In this document: positions 8,451-16,181 of the stretch, one piece after another | How the letters are laid out: every line of letters starts with the position of its first letter | Position numbering within the stretch: the first letter of the stretch is position 1 | NCBI GenBank assembly: GCA_028698185.1 | Contig: JAQVDW010000020.1 | Location: 2,759 to 34,758 of the forward strand | Direction: 5' to 3' | DNA: 32,000 nt | Origin: Erysipelotrichaceae bacterium | Lineage (GTDB): Bacteria; Bacillota_I; Bacilli_A; Erysipelotrichales; Coprobacillaceae | Translations under genes and position numbers: made by a program | Notes under the pieces: model-generated | The model's input: the letters and a program-made list of their open reading frames with translations, nothing else | Told to the model about the DNA's origin: nothing | Databases searched by the model: none

Positions 8451-9022
8451 TTCTCGACCTGTTTTACTTGTCACTGATCGTCTTTGCGATTCTCGCGGTG
8501 CAAAGCCGCAGCCTGCGCAATGCCGTGATCTACCTGGCGGTTTTTTCCCTGGTCTGTTCCATTGTATACTTGCTTTTGAACGCCCCTGATGTGGCTATCG
8601 CCGAAGCGACCATCGGCTGCACCCTGTCGACGATTCTTTATCTTGTCGCCTTGAAGAAATACAAGATTTTCACGGTATATTACAACTGTTACTTCAATGA
8701 TGAAAGCCATCTGGCCATCCTCCAGAAGGAACGCGACCAGATCCACCGGATTCTTAGAGACTTTGCGGTTGGCCAGGAGCTGCAGCTCGACCTTATCAAC
8801 ACGGCAACCAGTTTCACAAAGCTCAAGGAAAGCGTGACCTGCGATGTCGTCATTTTCCATAGCCCAAGTGGGATATGGCTCCATGGGATCAAAAACAGCT
8901 ACCAGTACCAGAAACTGCTGGAACTGCTAAAAAACCAGGAAGACCTGGTCAAAGAAGGAAAATTCATAGAAGGAGAGGATTGGAGCGATGAAGATAACCC
9001 GACTGATAGCCAGACACCGTAG
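8447..9022 (+). CDS. DUF4040 (MbhD / MrpA-C-terminal-like) membrane subunit with an approximately 119-aa soluble C-terminal extension
   Basis: ATG 8447 lies after AAAGGAGGG and forms an ATGA overlap with mrpG. The first 73 aa (MILDLFYLSLIVFAILAVQSRSLRNAVIYLAVFSLVCSIVYLLLNAPDVAIAEATIGCTLSTILYLVAL) carry the APDVA..E signature of DUF4040. The rest is hydrophilic with an acidic tail. The upstream 136 aa of track ORF 8039..9022 overlap mrpF/G out of frame and are not coding. Confidence 0.8.
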   Translation: MILDLFYLSLIVFAILAVQSRSLRNAVIYLAVFSLVCSIVYLLLNAPDVAIAEATIGCTLSTILYLVALKKYKIFTVYYNCYFNDESHLAILQKERDQIHRILRDFAVGQELQLDLINTATSFTKLKESVTCDVVIFHSPSGIWLHGIKNSYQYQKLLELLKNQEDLVKEGKFIEGEDWSDEDNPTDSQTP

Positions 9023-9272
9023 GAAAATGATTGCAACCTGGCTTGTAATCGTATTTGCGCTTATGGCATCCTTGCCTTTACAATCACATCCCGGCAGCCA
9101 GGAGCTGTATCACTATATCACCGCCAATTTCATGGAAGATACCCAGGCGGCAAACGCGGTGACGGCCATCTATCTTGACTACAGGATGTTTGACACCTTG
9201 TTTGAGACGCTGCTGCTCCTGGTCAGCGTAATCGGCATCATCTATTTCTCAGCTCATGAGGGGGACTCCTGA
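8988..9272 (+). CDS. MbhE-like / MnhB-related small membrane subunit
   Basis: 94 aa. The motif AANAVTAIYLDYRMFDTLFE matches the NxVTAILxDYRxxDTLGE motif of MnhB-related proteins. The start is ambiguous: ATG 8988 has a GGAGAGGA RBS, and an alternative lies at ATG 9027. Confidence 0.7.
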   Translation: MKITRLIARHRRKMIATWLVIVFALMASLPLQSHPGSQELYHYITANFMEDTQAANAVTAIYLDYRMFDTLFETLLLLVSVIGIIYFSAHEGDS

Positions 9273-9658
9273 TGGAAAAACATTCAAAACTGCTGCGGGT
9301 AACGATGGGCGCCATCTACCCGTTCATCATCATCTTCGGCCTTTATGTGATTTTCAACGGCCACACGACCCCGGGGGGCGGCTTCCAGGGCGGCGCCATC
9401 TTGAGTGCTGTGTTCATCGTCCAGTATTTCACGACCTATCAAAAGACAACAAGTCTCCAGCTGCTAAACAAGATTGAAAAAATCCTGTATCTTGCCCTTG
9501 TGCTTGTCGCAATCCTGTTCGTCTTCGAATTGCGCGGCAGCGTCCCGGACATGTTCAAACCCTATTATCTAGTCACGATGAACACCCTGATTGGCATTAA
9601 GGTCGCCTGTGGATTGAGCATCATCTTTTACCGCTTCGTCCTTTTTGAAAGCAGGTGA
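9272..9658 (+). CDS. mrpB: Na+/H+ antiporter subunit B (MrpB/MnhB; MbhF-like)
   Basis: 128 aa with a TGATG junction to the preceding gene. It carries the GHTTPGGGFQGG signature. Confidence 0.88.
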   Translation: MEKHSKLLRVTMGAIYPFIIIFGLYVIFNGHTTPGGGFQGGAILSAVFIVQYFTTYQKTTSLQLLNKIEKILYLALVLVAILFVFELRGSVPDMFKPYYLVTMNTLIGIKVACGLSIIFYRFVLFESR

Positions 9659-9662
9659 TTCA

Positions 9663-10013
9663 ATGAACAGCGGATTTCTCGATGGCACGCTTGTGGCCCT
9701 GGCGCTTTTTGCGATTGGCGTCTATGGCCTGCTCGCGCGCCACAACATCATCAAAACCATAATGTCATTTGGCATTGTCCAGGCGGCAATCATCCTTTTC
9801 TTTCTGAATATCAATTACACCCTCACGCTTTCGCCACCCATTGGTGACGGGTCAAATATGGCTGACCCTTTTCCCCAGGCACTGATGATCACCGCGATTG
9901 TCATCGGCGTGGCGGTAACCGCGGTGGGGCTGACAATGTTCATGAGCCTCTACCACCATTACGGTTCGACCAACTGGGTCAAGATCCAAAAAATGCGAAA
10001 GGAGAGAAAGTGA
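9663..10013 (+). CDS. mrpC: Na+/H+ antiporter subunit C (MrpC/MnhC, NuoK-like; MbhG-like)
   Basis: ATG 9663 (MNSGFLDGTLVALALFAIGVYGLLARHNIIKTIMSFGIVQ..) follows AGGTGA. The protein is NuoK-like with 3 TM segments. Confidence 0.88.
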   Translation: MNSGFLDGTLVALALFAIGVYGLLARHNIIKTIMSFGIVQAAIILFFLNINYTLTLSPPIGDGSNMADPFPQALMITAIVIGVAVTAVGLTMFMSLYHHYGSTNWVKIQKMRKERK

Positions 10014-11608
10014 TGGGATTATATTGGTTTATTGTCCTGCCCCTGATAATCGGGCTTCTTTTCTACTTCTCCCATTCCTACTTGACCCGGGTCGCCGTCC
10101 TGGTTGCCCAGCTAGCTTTTTTCATCCTGGCTTTGCGCAACTTCTGGGAAGTCAAACAGGGTGGGATGAAGCTCGAAATTGTCGGCGGCTATGACCTGGG
10201 CGTGGGAATCGCCCTCAAAGCCGACCTGTTTTCAAGCACCATGGTCGTCCTGACGGTCTTTTTGTTTAGCTGCATGCTCCTGTACAACCTTAACAAGAGC
10301 TATGTCAACCATCTGTTCCTGTTTCTGTTTGTCGCTTTGGAAGGTCTGATCTGCGGGATTTTCCTTTCGAACGACCTTTTCAACATCTACGTGATGATTG
10401 AAGTATCAACTATCATTGTCTCAATCCTGATCATCTTCAAAAAGGACTCCCAGTCAATCTATGATGGGATTATCTACTTGTTCGCCAACCTTACCTCGAT
10501 GACCCTGTTTCTTCTTGGCATCGGCTATATCTACAAGATATTTGGCACCACAGATCTTGCATTGCTTGCGCAAATGATCCCATTGACCACAGATGGGCGC
10601 ACTCTGATCGTCCCGTTCGCTTTGCTGGTAACGGCAGTCTGTCTCAAATCGGCGATCATGCCCCTGTTTTCCTGGCTGCCCAAGGCCCATGGCACAGCCT
10701 CGGCCCCCTCGATTGTCTCGGCGATCCTTTCTGGACTTTATGTAAAGGGCGGGGTCTATCTCTTTGTGCGGATTTTCGACCTTTTCATGCCAGTGTTCGA
10801 CGAGGCGACGATATTCATGGTTTTTGGGTTTTTGACTGCGGTCATCGGATGGGTTTTCGCCTTGAGCCAGCGCGACATCAAGCTGATGCTCGCCTACAGT
10901 ACCGTCAGCCAGATCGGGGTCATCGTTTTCGGCCTTTCGCTTAATTCGACCTACGGCTACTGGGGTGCCATCTACCACATCCTCAACCATGCCATCTTCA
11001 AATCGACCCTGTTTTTGACTGCAGGAATCATCGTCGATGAATATCACACCCGCGACATCACCAAGATATCCGGGGTCATGGCCCGGATGCCGTACGTCTC
11101 GATTGCCTCGATTTTCGCCATCCTGGGGATAACCGGGGCTCCCCTGTTCAACGGCAGCTTCTCGAAGAACCTGATTGAAAAGGGGATGAGCGATTCCCTG
11201 GTGTTCGAATTGGCATTTTTCATCATCAATATCGGAACCATCCTGATTTTCATCAAATACGGCCAAATCTTCAAGGGCTCATCGGCCAAAAAATCCCATA
11301 TCAGATGGAACCAGAAGTTCGTCATCATGCTTCTGGCTTTGACCTGTTTTTTGATGGGGATATTCGGACCATTCCTGATCGAATTCCTGTTTGGCTTCGA
11401 GACGACGGTATCCTGGTCCGCCTATCTTACCAAGTTTTTAATCTATGGTTTGACACTGGCATGCGGCTACCTTTTCTACCGCGTCGTCTACTTGAAGGTG
11501 CGTCTGTTTGGCTATATCCAGGCCATGGAGCTTTCTTTCAACGAGATAATCATGGCCATATTTGTGTTTTTTACCGGATTTTTGATTCTTCTGATTTTGC
11601 AGACCTGA
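10013..11608 (+). CDS. mrpD: Na+/H+ antiporter subunit D (MrpD/MnhD, NuoM/N-like proton-antiporter subunit; MbhH-like)
   Basis: About 531 aa and polytopic, with a TGATG junction (GTG 10010 is an alternative start) and RBS AAAGGAGAGAAAG. The central part resembles Proton_antipo_M (..MPLFSWLPKAHGTASAPSIVSAILSG.., ..LAYSTVSQIG..). Confidence 0.88.
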   Translation: MGLYWFIVLPLIIGLLFYFSHSYLTRVAVLVAQLAFFILALRNFWEVKQGGMKLEIVGGYDLGVGIALKADLFSSTMVVLTVFLFSCMLLYNLNKSYVNHLFLFLFVALEGLICGIFLSNDLFNIYVMIEVSTIIVSILIIFKKDSQSIYDGIIYLFANLTSMTLFLLGIGYIYKIFGTTDLALLAQMIPLTTDGRTLIVPFALLVTAVCLKSAIMPLFSWLPKAHGTASAPSIVSAILSGLYVKGGVYLFVRIFDLFMPVFDEATIFMVFGFLTAVIGWVFALSQRDIKLMLAYSTVSQIGVIVFGLSLNSTYGYWGAIYHILNHAIFKSTLFLTAGIIVDEYHTRDITKISGVMARMPYVSIASIFAILGITGAPLFNGSFSKNLIEKGMSDSLVFELAFFIINIGTILIFIKYGQIFKGSSAKKSHIRWNQKFVIMLLALTCFLMGIFGPFLIEFLFGFETTVSWSAYLTKFLIYGLTLACGYLFYRVVYLKVRLFGYIQAMELSFNEIIMAIFVFFTGFLILLILQT

Positions 11609-11626
11609 CATATGGAGGTGACACAC

Positions 11627-12082
11627 ATGCATAAAAAATACCCGAAACCCGACCTGGAAACAATAAAGTCCAGGCTTACCGGATTGCAGTTTGCCGTGAC
11701 CCAGGAACAGGCGACGGAACAGCCTTTTTCCAACGAGTATGATGATTTTTTCGAAGAAGGCATCTATGTCGATATCGTCACCGGCCAACCGGTGTTCAGT
11801 TCCCGGGACAAGTTCGACTCCCATTGCGGTTGGCCGAGTTTCACGGGACCCATTGAACCTGAAAGCGTCGTACTTAGCGACGACTACAGCCACCACATGC
11901 ATCGCATTGAGGTCAAGAGCGCTGCGGGTGCCTCCCATCTTGGTCATGTCTTTGATGACGGGCCAATAAATAGCGGCGGGAAACGCTATTGCATCAACAG
12001 TGCTTCCTTGCGTTTTGTCAAAAAAGCCCAGCTTGAAAGCGAGGGCTATGGCGAATATCTCAAGCTATTTGAAAAGGAATAG
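11627..12082 (+). CDS. msrB: peptide-methionine (R)-S-oxide reductase
   Basis: ATG 11627 lies 5 nt after GGAGGTGA. The protein carries GxYxxxxxGxPxFSS, CGWPSF, RIEV..C.. [10 protein letters not shown] and [11 protein letters not shown]. Confidence 0.92.
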   Translation: MHKKYPKPDLETIKSRLTGLQFAVTQEQATEQPFSNEYDDFFEEGIYVDIVTGQPVFSSRDKFDSHCGWPSFTGPIEPESVVLSDDYSHHMHRIEVKSAAGASHLGHVFDDGPINSGGKRYCINSASLRFVKKAQLESEGYGEYLKLFEKE

Positions 12083-12104
12083 GTTCAACTCCCTATTCCT
12101 TTTC
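12071..12104. terminator. 13-bp perfect hairpin shared by the convergent msrB and pirin 3' ends
   Basis: gaaaaggaatagg (12071-12083), 8-nt loop, cctattccttttc (12092-12104). Both TAG stops (12080-12082 and 12093-12095) sit inside the stem arms. Confidence 0.6.
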
Positions 12105-12941
12105 ATATCGAATTTTTTCCTTGATGAATGTGCCATTCTCGAGATCCGCGAACGCCTGCCTTAGTTCGTCATTGGTGTTCATCACGATCGGACCACCCCA
12201 TGCCACCGGTTCCTTAAGGGCCTTGGAGCTCATGAAAAGCACCTGGACGAAATGGTCTCCGGCGGTGATGGTAACCTCGGTCGCCTCAGTCAGCTTGACG
12301 GCCGATTTTTCCGCAATGGCCGTACCATCAACGATTATCCCGTTGACCAGAGTGAACAACATCACGGACCGGTCAGCCTCCACTGCGATGGTGATGCTGC
12401 CATGGGGGTTGAGATGGATGTCATAATAATCAAGGGGCAGATGGCTGCCCATATGGCCCTGATGGTCCAGATATCTGCCGGCAAGAAGATGGAGCTGGCC
12501 ATGTTCGATCGGAATTTTCTCGATCATCTCTCTTTTGATCGCATTGTAGCCCGGATAGCACATCTTATCCGCTTCAGGCAGGTTGAGCCACAGCTGCACC
12601 CCTAGAAGCAGCTTCGATTCTGGCAGCCGTTCCTCATGCATGATTCCTGAACCGGCGCACATCCATTGGACCTCGCCCTCCCCGATTGCATCCTCATTGG
12701 CCAGGGAATCCCGATGGACCATCTTTCCCTTGTAGACATAGCTGATTGTCTCGATGCCCCGATGAGGGTGGAGCGGAAATCCGGCCAGATAGTCGGCGGG
12801 GTTGTCGCTTTGGAAGGAATCGAGCATCAAGAAAGGGTCAAATTCAGTGACTGTCCGGTTCGACAGGACCCGGACCAGGTTGACCCCCGCCCCGTCACGG
12901 GTCGGATAGCCGGTTACTATTTTTTTAATTTTTGCTTCCAT
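12093..12941 (-). CDS. pirin-family protein (bicupin, quercetinase-like)
   Basis: 282 aa with RBS AAAGGAGA. The N-terminal cupin region carries the pirin motif ..FPLHPHRGIETISYVYKG... Confidence 0.88.
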   Translation of the reverse strand: MEAKIKKIVTGYPTRDGAGVNLVRVLSNRTVTEFDPFLMLDSFQSDNPADYLAGFPLHPHRGIETISYVYKGKMVHRDSLANEDAIGEGEVQWMCAGSGIMHEERLPESKLLLGVQLWLNLPEADKMCYPGYNAIKREMIEKIPIEHGQLHLLAGRYLDHQGHMGSHLPLDYYDIHLNPHGSITIAVEADRSVMLFTLVNGIIVDGTAIAEKSAVKLTEATEVTITAGDHFVQVLFMSSKALKEPVAWGGPIVMNTNDELRQAFADLENGTFIKEKIRYEKE

Positions 12942-12996
12942 TTAATGTCTCCTTTGTTTTGTGACTTGATCGACTTCCATATTGAATAACGTTATC

Positions 12997-13344
12997 CTAA
13001 TGGTGATTATTGTTGTCTTTACACCAGATCGCGATATCCTGGATCAGTTGTTTATCTACCGGGATACTGTAGGGCATCTGGATGGCCACTTTGCTTGTGT
13101 GATAGGGACTCAGCCTGTCCTGGAAATGGGCAATCGCCTCCGGTCCGGGATAGATGCCAAAATGATTCTTGAACGCGGCGAAATGGATGATGTTGCGCTC
13201 CTGGTAAAAGGTCGGCATCGCCCAGGAAATCTTCTCTCCGGCTTCGGGCAGGGCTTCCTTAAGTGCAAGATACACATCGATTAGTATCGGCCGGATTTCC
13301 TCTTTCTGGTTTTCGATATAGGTTTCAATTGCGCTGATTTCCAT
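12997..13344 (-). CDS. DUF1801 (YdhG-like) domain protein
   Basis: ATG 13344 (MEISAIETYIENQKEEIRPILIDVYLALKEALPEAGEKISWAMPTFYQ..) lies after AAGGAGAAG. The track start at 13479 adds an Arg-rich, non-protein-like 45 aa. Confidence 0.75.
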   Translation of the reverse strand: MEISAIETYIENQKEEIRPILIDVYLALKEALPEAGEKISWAMPTFYQERNIIHFAAFKNHFGIYPGPEAIAHFQDRLSPYHTSKVAIQMPYSIPVDKQLIQDIAIWCKDNNNHH

Positions 13345-13531
13345 GAGTCTTCTCCTTCGATCTTTCGTATGCGGCGCTGAATTCATCGGGCTTATCCTAC
13401 TGACCGTTTTCCAGGCAAGGTCATTGGATTCTCGTCGCTGTTGAGCCCTTATGGTACGATCCCCCCACTTCTTATTCAATCATATTCCGGTTTGATCAAA
13501 AACGCAAAAAATAACCCTCGCAAAATCGTTT

Positions 13532-13562
13532 TTGACATCCCAATATCGATGGCTTGTATAAT
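13532..13562 (+). promoter_or_regulatory. sigma-A-type promoter
   Basis: TTGACA (13532-13537) is followed by TGTATAAT (13555-13562). The spacer is 17 nt to TGTATA or 19 nt to TATAAT. Confidence 0.55.
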
Positions 13563-13603
13563 CCAGGAGAAGTGGTACAATTAAGTAAATGAAGGAGGTT
13601 CAT

Positions 13604-13822
13604 ATGGATATTCAAGACAAGATTGAAGAAATCATAGCCAAGATCAAGAGCGATCCTGATTTTGCGGCAAAATTCAAGGCCGATCCGGTTGCAGCCCTCG
13701 AAAAGATCCTGGGTATCGACCTGCCCGAAGGACAGATCAATGCCATTATCGATGGTGTCAAAGCCAAGATCGGACTTGACCAAGCCGGCGACCTGCTGGG
13801 AAAAGTCAAAAATTTATTCTGA
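13604..13822 (+). CDS. small (72 aa) helical hypothetical protein
   Basis: ATG 13604 lies 7 nt after GAAGGAGG. The protein reads MDIQDKIEEIIAKIKSDPDFAAKFKADPVAALEKILGIDLPEGQINAIIDGVKAKIGLDQAGDLLGKVKNLF. It has its own promoter and terminator. I do not recognise a family. Confidence 0.6.
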   Translation: MDIQDKIEEIIAKIKSDPDFAAKFKADPVAALEKILGIDLPEGQINAIIDGVKAKIGLDQAGDLLGKVKNLF

Positions 13823-13826
13823 AATC

Positions 13827-13865
13827 AAAAACCGGAATCAGCCCCAAAGGCTCTTCCGGTTTTTG
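13827..13865. terminator. bidirectional intrinsic terminator
   Basis: AAAAACCGGAA .. TTCCGGTTTTT, with an inner AGCC/GGCT pairing. It lies between the convergent small gene and the acyltransferase. Confidence 0.75.
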
Positions 13866-13867
13866 AT

Positions 13868-14854
13868 TCACTCGATAAAATCCAGGATCCAGTTCGCTGT
13901 GAAAAGTCTGTTTAAAAACTTTCCGACATACGGGTTCGAAAATGCGAATATGAGCAGGTAGGTCAGCCCCAGCGAGAAGACAATCCGCTGCGAAGGCAGT
14001 GATCCGACCAGATCCATGTTGCCTACTGCCTTGATGATGAAACCATGAAGCAGGTACACCGGCAAGGTGTAAAGACCAAGGCTGGTGACCAGGGGGATTC
14101 TTTTTTCCGGGACCAGGACCAGCAGCGAGCCGATCCAGACCAGAGCGATGACATAGGAGCACAGTTTCAAAAAAACGTTGCTTTTTGCCATCTTGTAGCT
14201 CATCGACTGATAGAATACCGCCGGGGTCAGATCGGGACTTTTTATCACATAGACGATGGCGCAAATTATAAAAAGCGCTCCGGCCAGCTTGAGAAGATCC
14301 GTCAATTGGACACTTGGCTTTATGCCACTTAGCCAAACAAGACCGTCCCGGGCAAAGTAGCCCAGCACGAAAAACGGCAGGAAACTGAAGAAGCGGCCCA
14401 AGGAAAGATAGTAGCCGATAGTATTCTCATATCCCGCCAGGAGTCCCAAACCAAACAATCCGGCGATAATCATGATCCTTCTTTTACCGGTCGCCCCGGA
14501 GAACATCGGCAAAAGCATGTAACAAAAGACAATCGCCATAAGATACCATAGGATCCAAAACGGGGTGGTGAACTGGATCACGATATCCGGTTTTTTCAGG
14601 ATGATTTGGGAAAAGAAGAGATAGAGAAACTGGAAGATTATATAGGGATAAACAAGGTTGGCCAGAATTTTGGCCCGGTCGTATTTGGCAAAATAGCCGG
14701 AGATGAAGATGAACAGTGGCATATGGAAGGAATAGATGACCCGATAAACCTGCATGCCCACAGGGCTTGGATAAATCTCCAGAAGATGGCCCAATACGAC
14801 CAGAAACATCAACAGAAAACGAAGATTGTCAAACTTGTAAAGACGTTGTTTCAT
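13868..14854 (-). CDS. acyltransferase family 3 (OatA-like) membrane protein
   Basis: ATG 14854 begins MKQRLYKFDNLRFLLMFLVVLGHLLE.., the canonical Acyl_transf_3 N-terminus. The protein has about 10 TM segments. Confidence 0.85.
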   Translation of the reverse strand: MKQRLYKFDNLRFLLMFLVVLGHLLEIYPSPVGMQVYRVIYSFHMPLFIFISGYFAKYDRAKILANLVYPYIIFQFLYLFFSQIILKKPDIVIQFTTPFWILWYLMAIVFCYMLLPMFSGATGKRRIMIIAGLFGLGLLAGYENTIGYYLSLGRFFSFLPFFVLGYFARDGLVWLSGIKPSVQLTDLLKLAGALFIICAIVYVIKSPDLTPAVFYQSMSYKMAKSNVFLKLCSYVIALVWIGSLLVLVPEKRIPLVTSLGLYTLPVYLLHGFIIKAVGNMDLVGSLPSQRIVFSLGLTYLLIFAFSNPYVGKFLNRLFTANWILDFIE

Positions 14855-15022
14855 TAAAATTGTCCTTTGTCGTGAATTACTCAAAAAAACCACTTATAAT
14901 CAAGTGATTTCTTAATTAGCGTTATAAGTATAATCGCAATGTCGGAATTTGTCCAGTCACAAATAAACTTTAATCCACCAAGATTAGAAAGCCATTGCAT
15001 TCATTCCTTTCAACCGGCTTTT

Positions 15023-15901
15023 TTAGTCGCATTGGTGGTCCTGCCAGGCCTCGCTATTGTAATCGATCTCGATTGTGATATGTTCGATTCCTTTTTCCTG
15101 AAGTTCTTTCCGGATCTGTTTTTTTAGGTCGATGATTGAGTCACTGGCGGTGTCGTCAGCCACAACTAAATGGAAACTCGCGAGAATGCTCTTACCCTCC
15201 AGCGACCAGAGATGGATATGATGGGCATTGATTACCTGATTGAATCGTTCAAGTTCATCCTTGAGACTGGCAATAGAATATTCAAGAGGAACGCCTTCTA
15301 AAAATATCCGCAATACCGCCAGCAGCTTGAAAACAACATTGACCATGACGAAGATTGTGATTCCGAGCGAAAGCAGGGGATCGATGATCGCAAGGTCGCT
15401 GTAATACATCACTACGCTGCCAATCAGCACCACAACCCAGCCCAAGACATCCTCGATAAGATGCCACGATACGACTTTTTCATTGAGCGATTCGCCCTTA
15501 TGGAGCCGCCAGGTTGCCAGGCCATTGACTGCGATGCCAAGTACCGCCAAAAAGATCATGCCCAACGGATCAACCGGCGCCGGTTCTTTTAGTCGCATGA
15601 AGGAATTGTAGATGATGGCCAGCGAACCGAAGATTAGAATCAAACTGTTGATCAGGGCCCCAAGCAATGAAAAGCGGGCATAGCCATAGCTATATCGGTA
15701 GTCGGGCGCCTTGTGGGCATACTTCTCCAGCCCCCAGGCGACAGCCAGGGAGAGAGAATCACCTAGGTCATGGAGGGCGTCTGAAAAAACCGCCATCGAA
15801 TTTGTCATCATCCCGCCAAAAAGCTCAATGATGGTGAATGTGAAGTTGAGCAGGAACGCCACTTTGAGATCCCTGCCTTGATGGTCATGATCATGTTCCA
15901 T
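15023..15901 (-). CDS. czcD: cation diffusion facilitator (CzcD/ZitB-like Zn/Co/Cd efflux)
   Basis: 292 aa with a His-rich N-terminus (MEHDHDHQG). It carries SDALHDLGDS (TM2) and HLIEDVLGW (TM5) metal-site motifs and a C-terminal cytoplasmic domain. Confidence 0.88.
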   Translation of the reverse strand: MEHDHDHQGRDLKVAFLLNFTFTIIELFGGMMTNSMAVFSDALHDLGDSLSLAVAWGLEKYAHKAPDYRYSYGYARFSLLGALINSLILIFGSLAIIYNSFMRLKEPAPVDPLGMIFLAVLGIAVNGLATWRLHKGESLNEKVVSWHLIEDVLGWVVVLIGSVVMYYSDLAIIDPLLSLGITIFVMVNVVFKLLAVLRIFLEGVPLEYSIASLKDELERFNQVINAHHIHLWSLEGKSILASFHLVVADDTASDSIIDLKKQIRKELQEKGIEHITIEIDYNSEAWQDHQCD

Positions 15902-15951
15902 TAAACCGCCTCCTCGCTGCCGTTATGGCCTGAAGCCATTCTTCATATATG

Positions 15952-16158
15952 TCAGTTGTCGATATTGAGGCGATTGTAGATCAACTGGAGCTCATTTCCC
16001 ACCCCGTCAAGATTGCACTCCGCATCGATGCATCTGTCGAAAATCGCCCGGTTGATAAGGTCGAGGATGTCGACAATGTTTGCGGTCTCGATTGCCTCAT
16101 GGATTATAGGGCAGTTGACCCTTAGAAATTCCCTGTCTTCATTTGAAATGATTATCAT
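15952..16158 (-). CDS. hypothetical 68-aa protein between corA and czcD
   Basis: The ORF has a weak AAGGGT RBS and I do not recognise a family. It is probably co-transcribed with corA and czcD. Confidence 0.4.
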   Translation of the reverse strand: MIIISNEDREFLRVNCPIIHEAIETANIVDILDLINRAIFDRCIDAECNLDGVGNELQLIYNRLNIDN

Positions 16159-16181
16159 AGTTTATTACCCTTGTCTTATGC

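Noticed and set aside
10454-11266. Long antisense ORFs inside real genes. Examples are the 270-aa ORF opposite mrpD, the 244-aa ORF 18663..19397 opposite the GGDEF gene, 1986..2390 opposite the ATPase and 6628..7083 opposite DUF4256.
   Set aside because: These are shadow ORFs. Their composition is Arg/Gly/Asp- or Pro-rich and low in complexity, they have no RBS, and the opposite strand carries clear family motifs.
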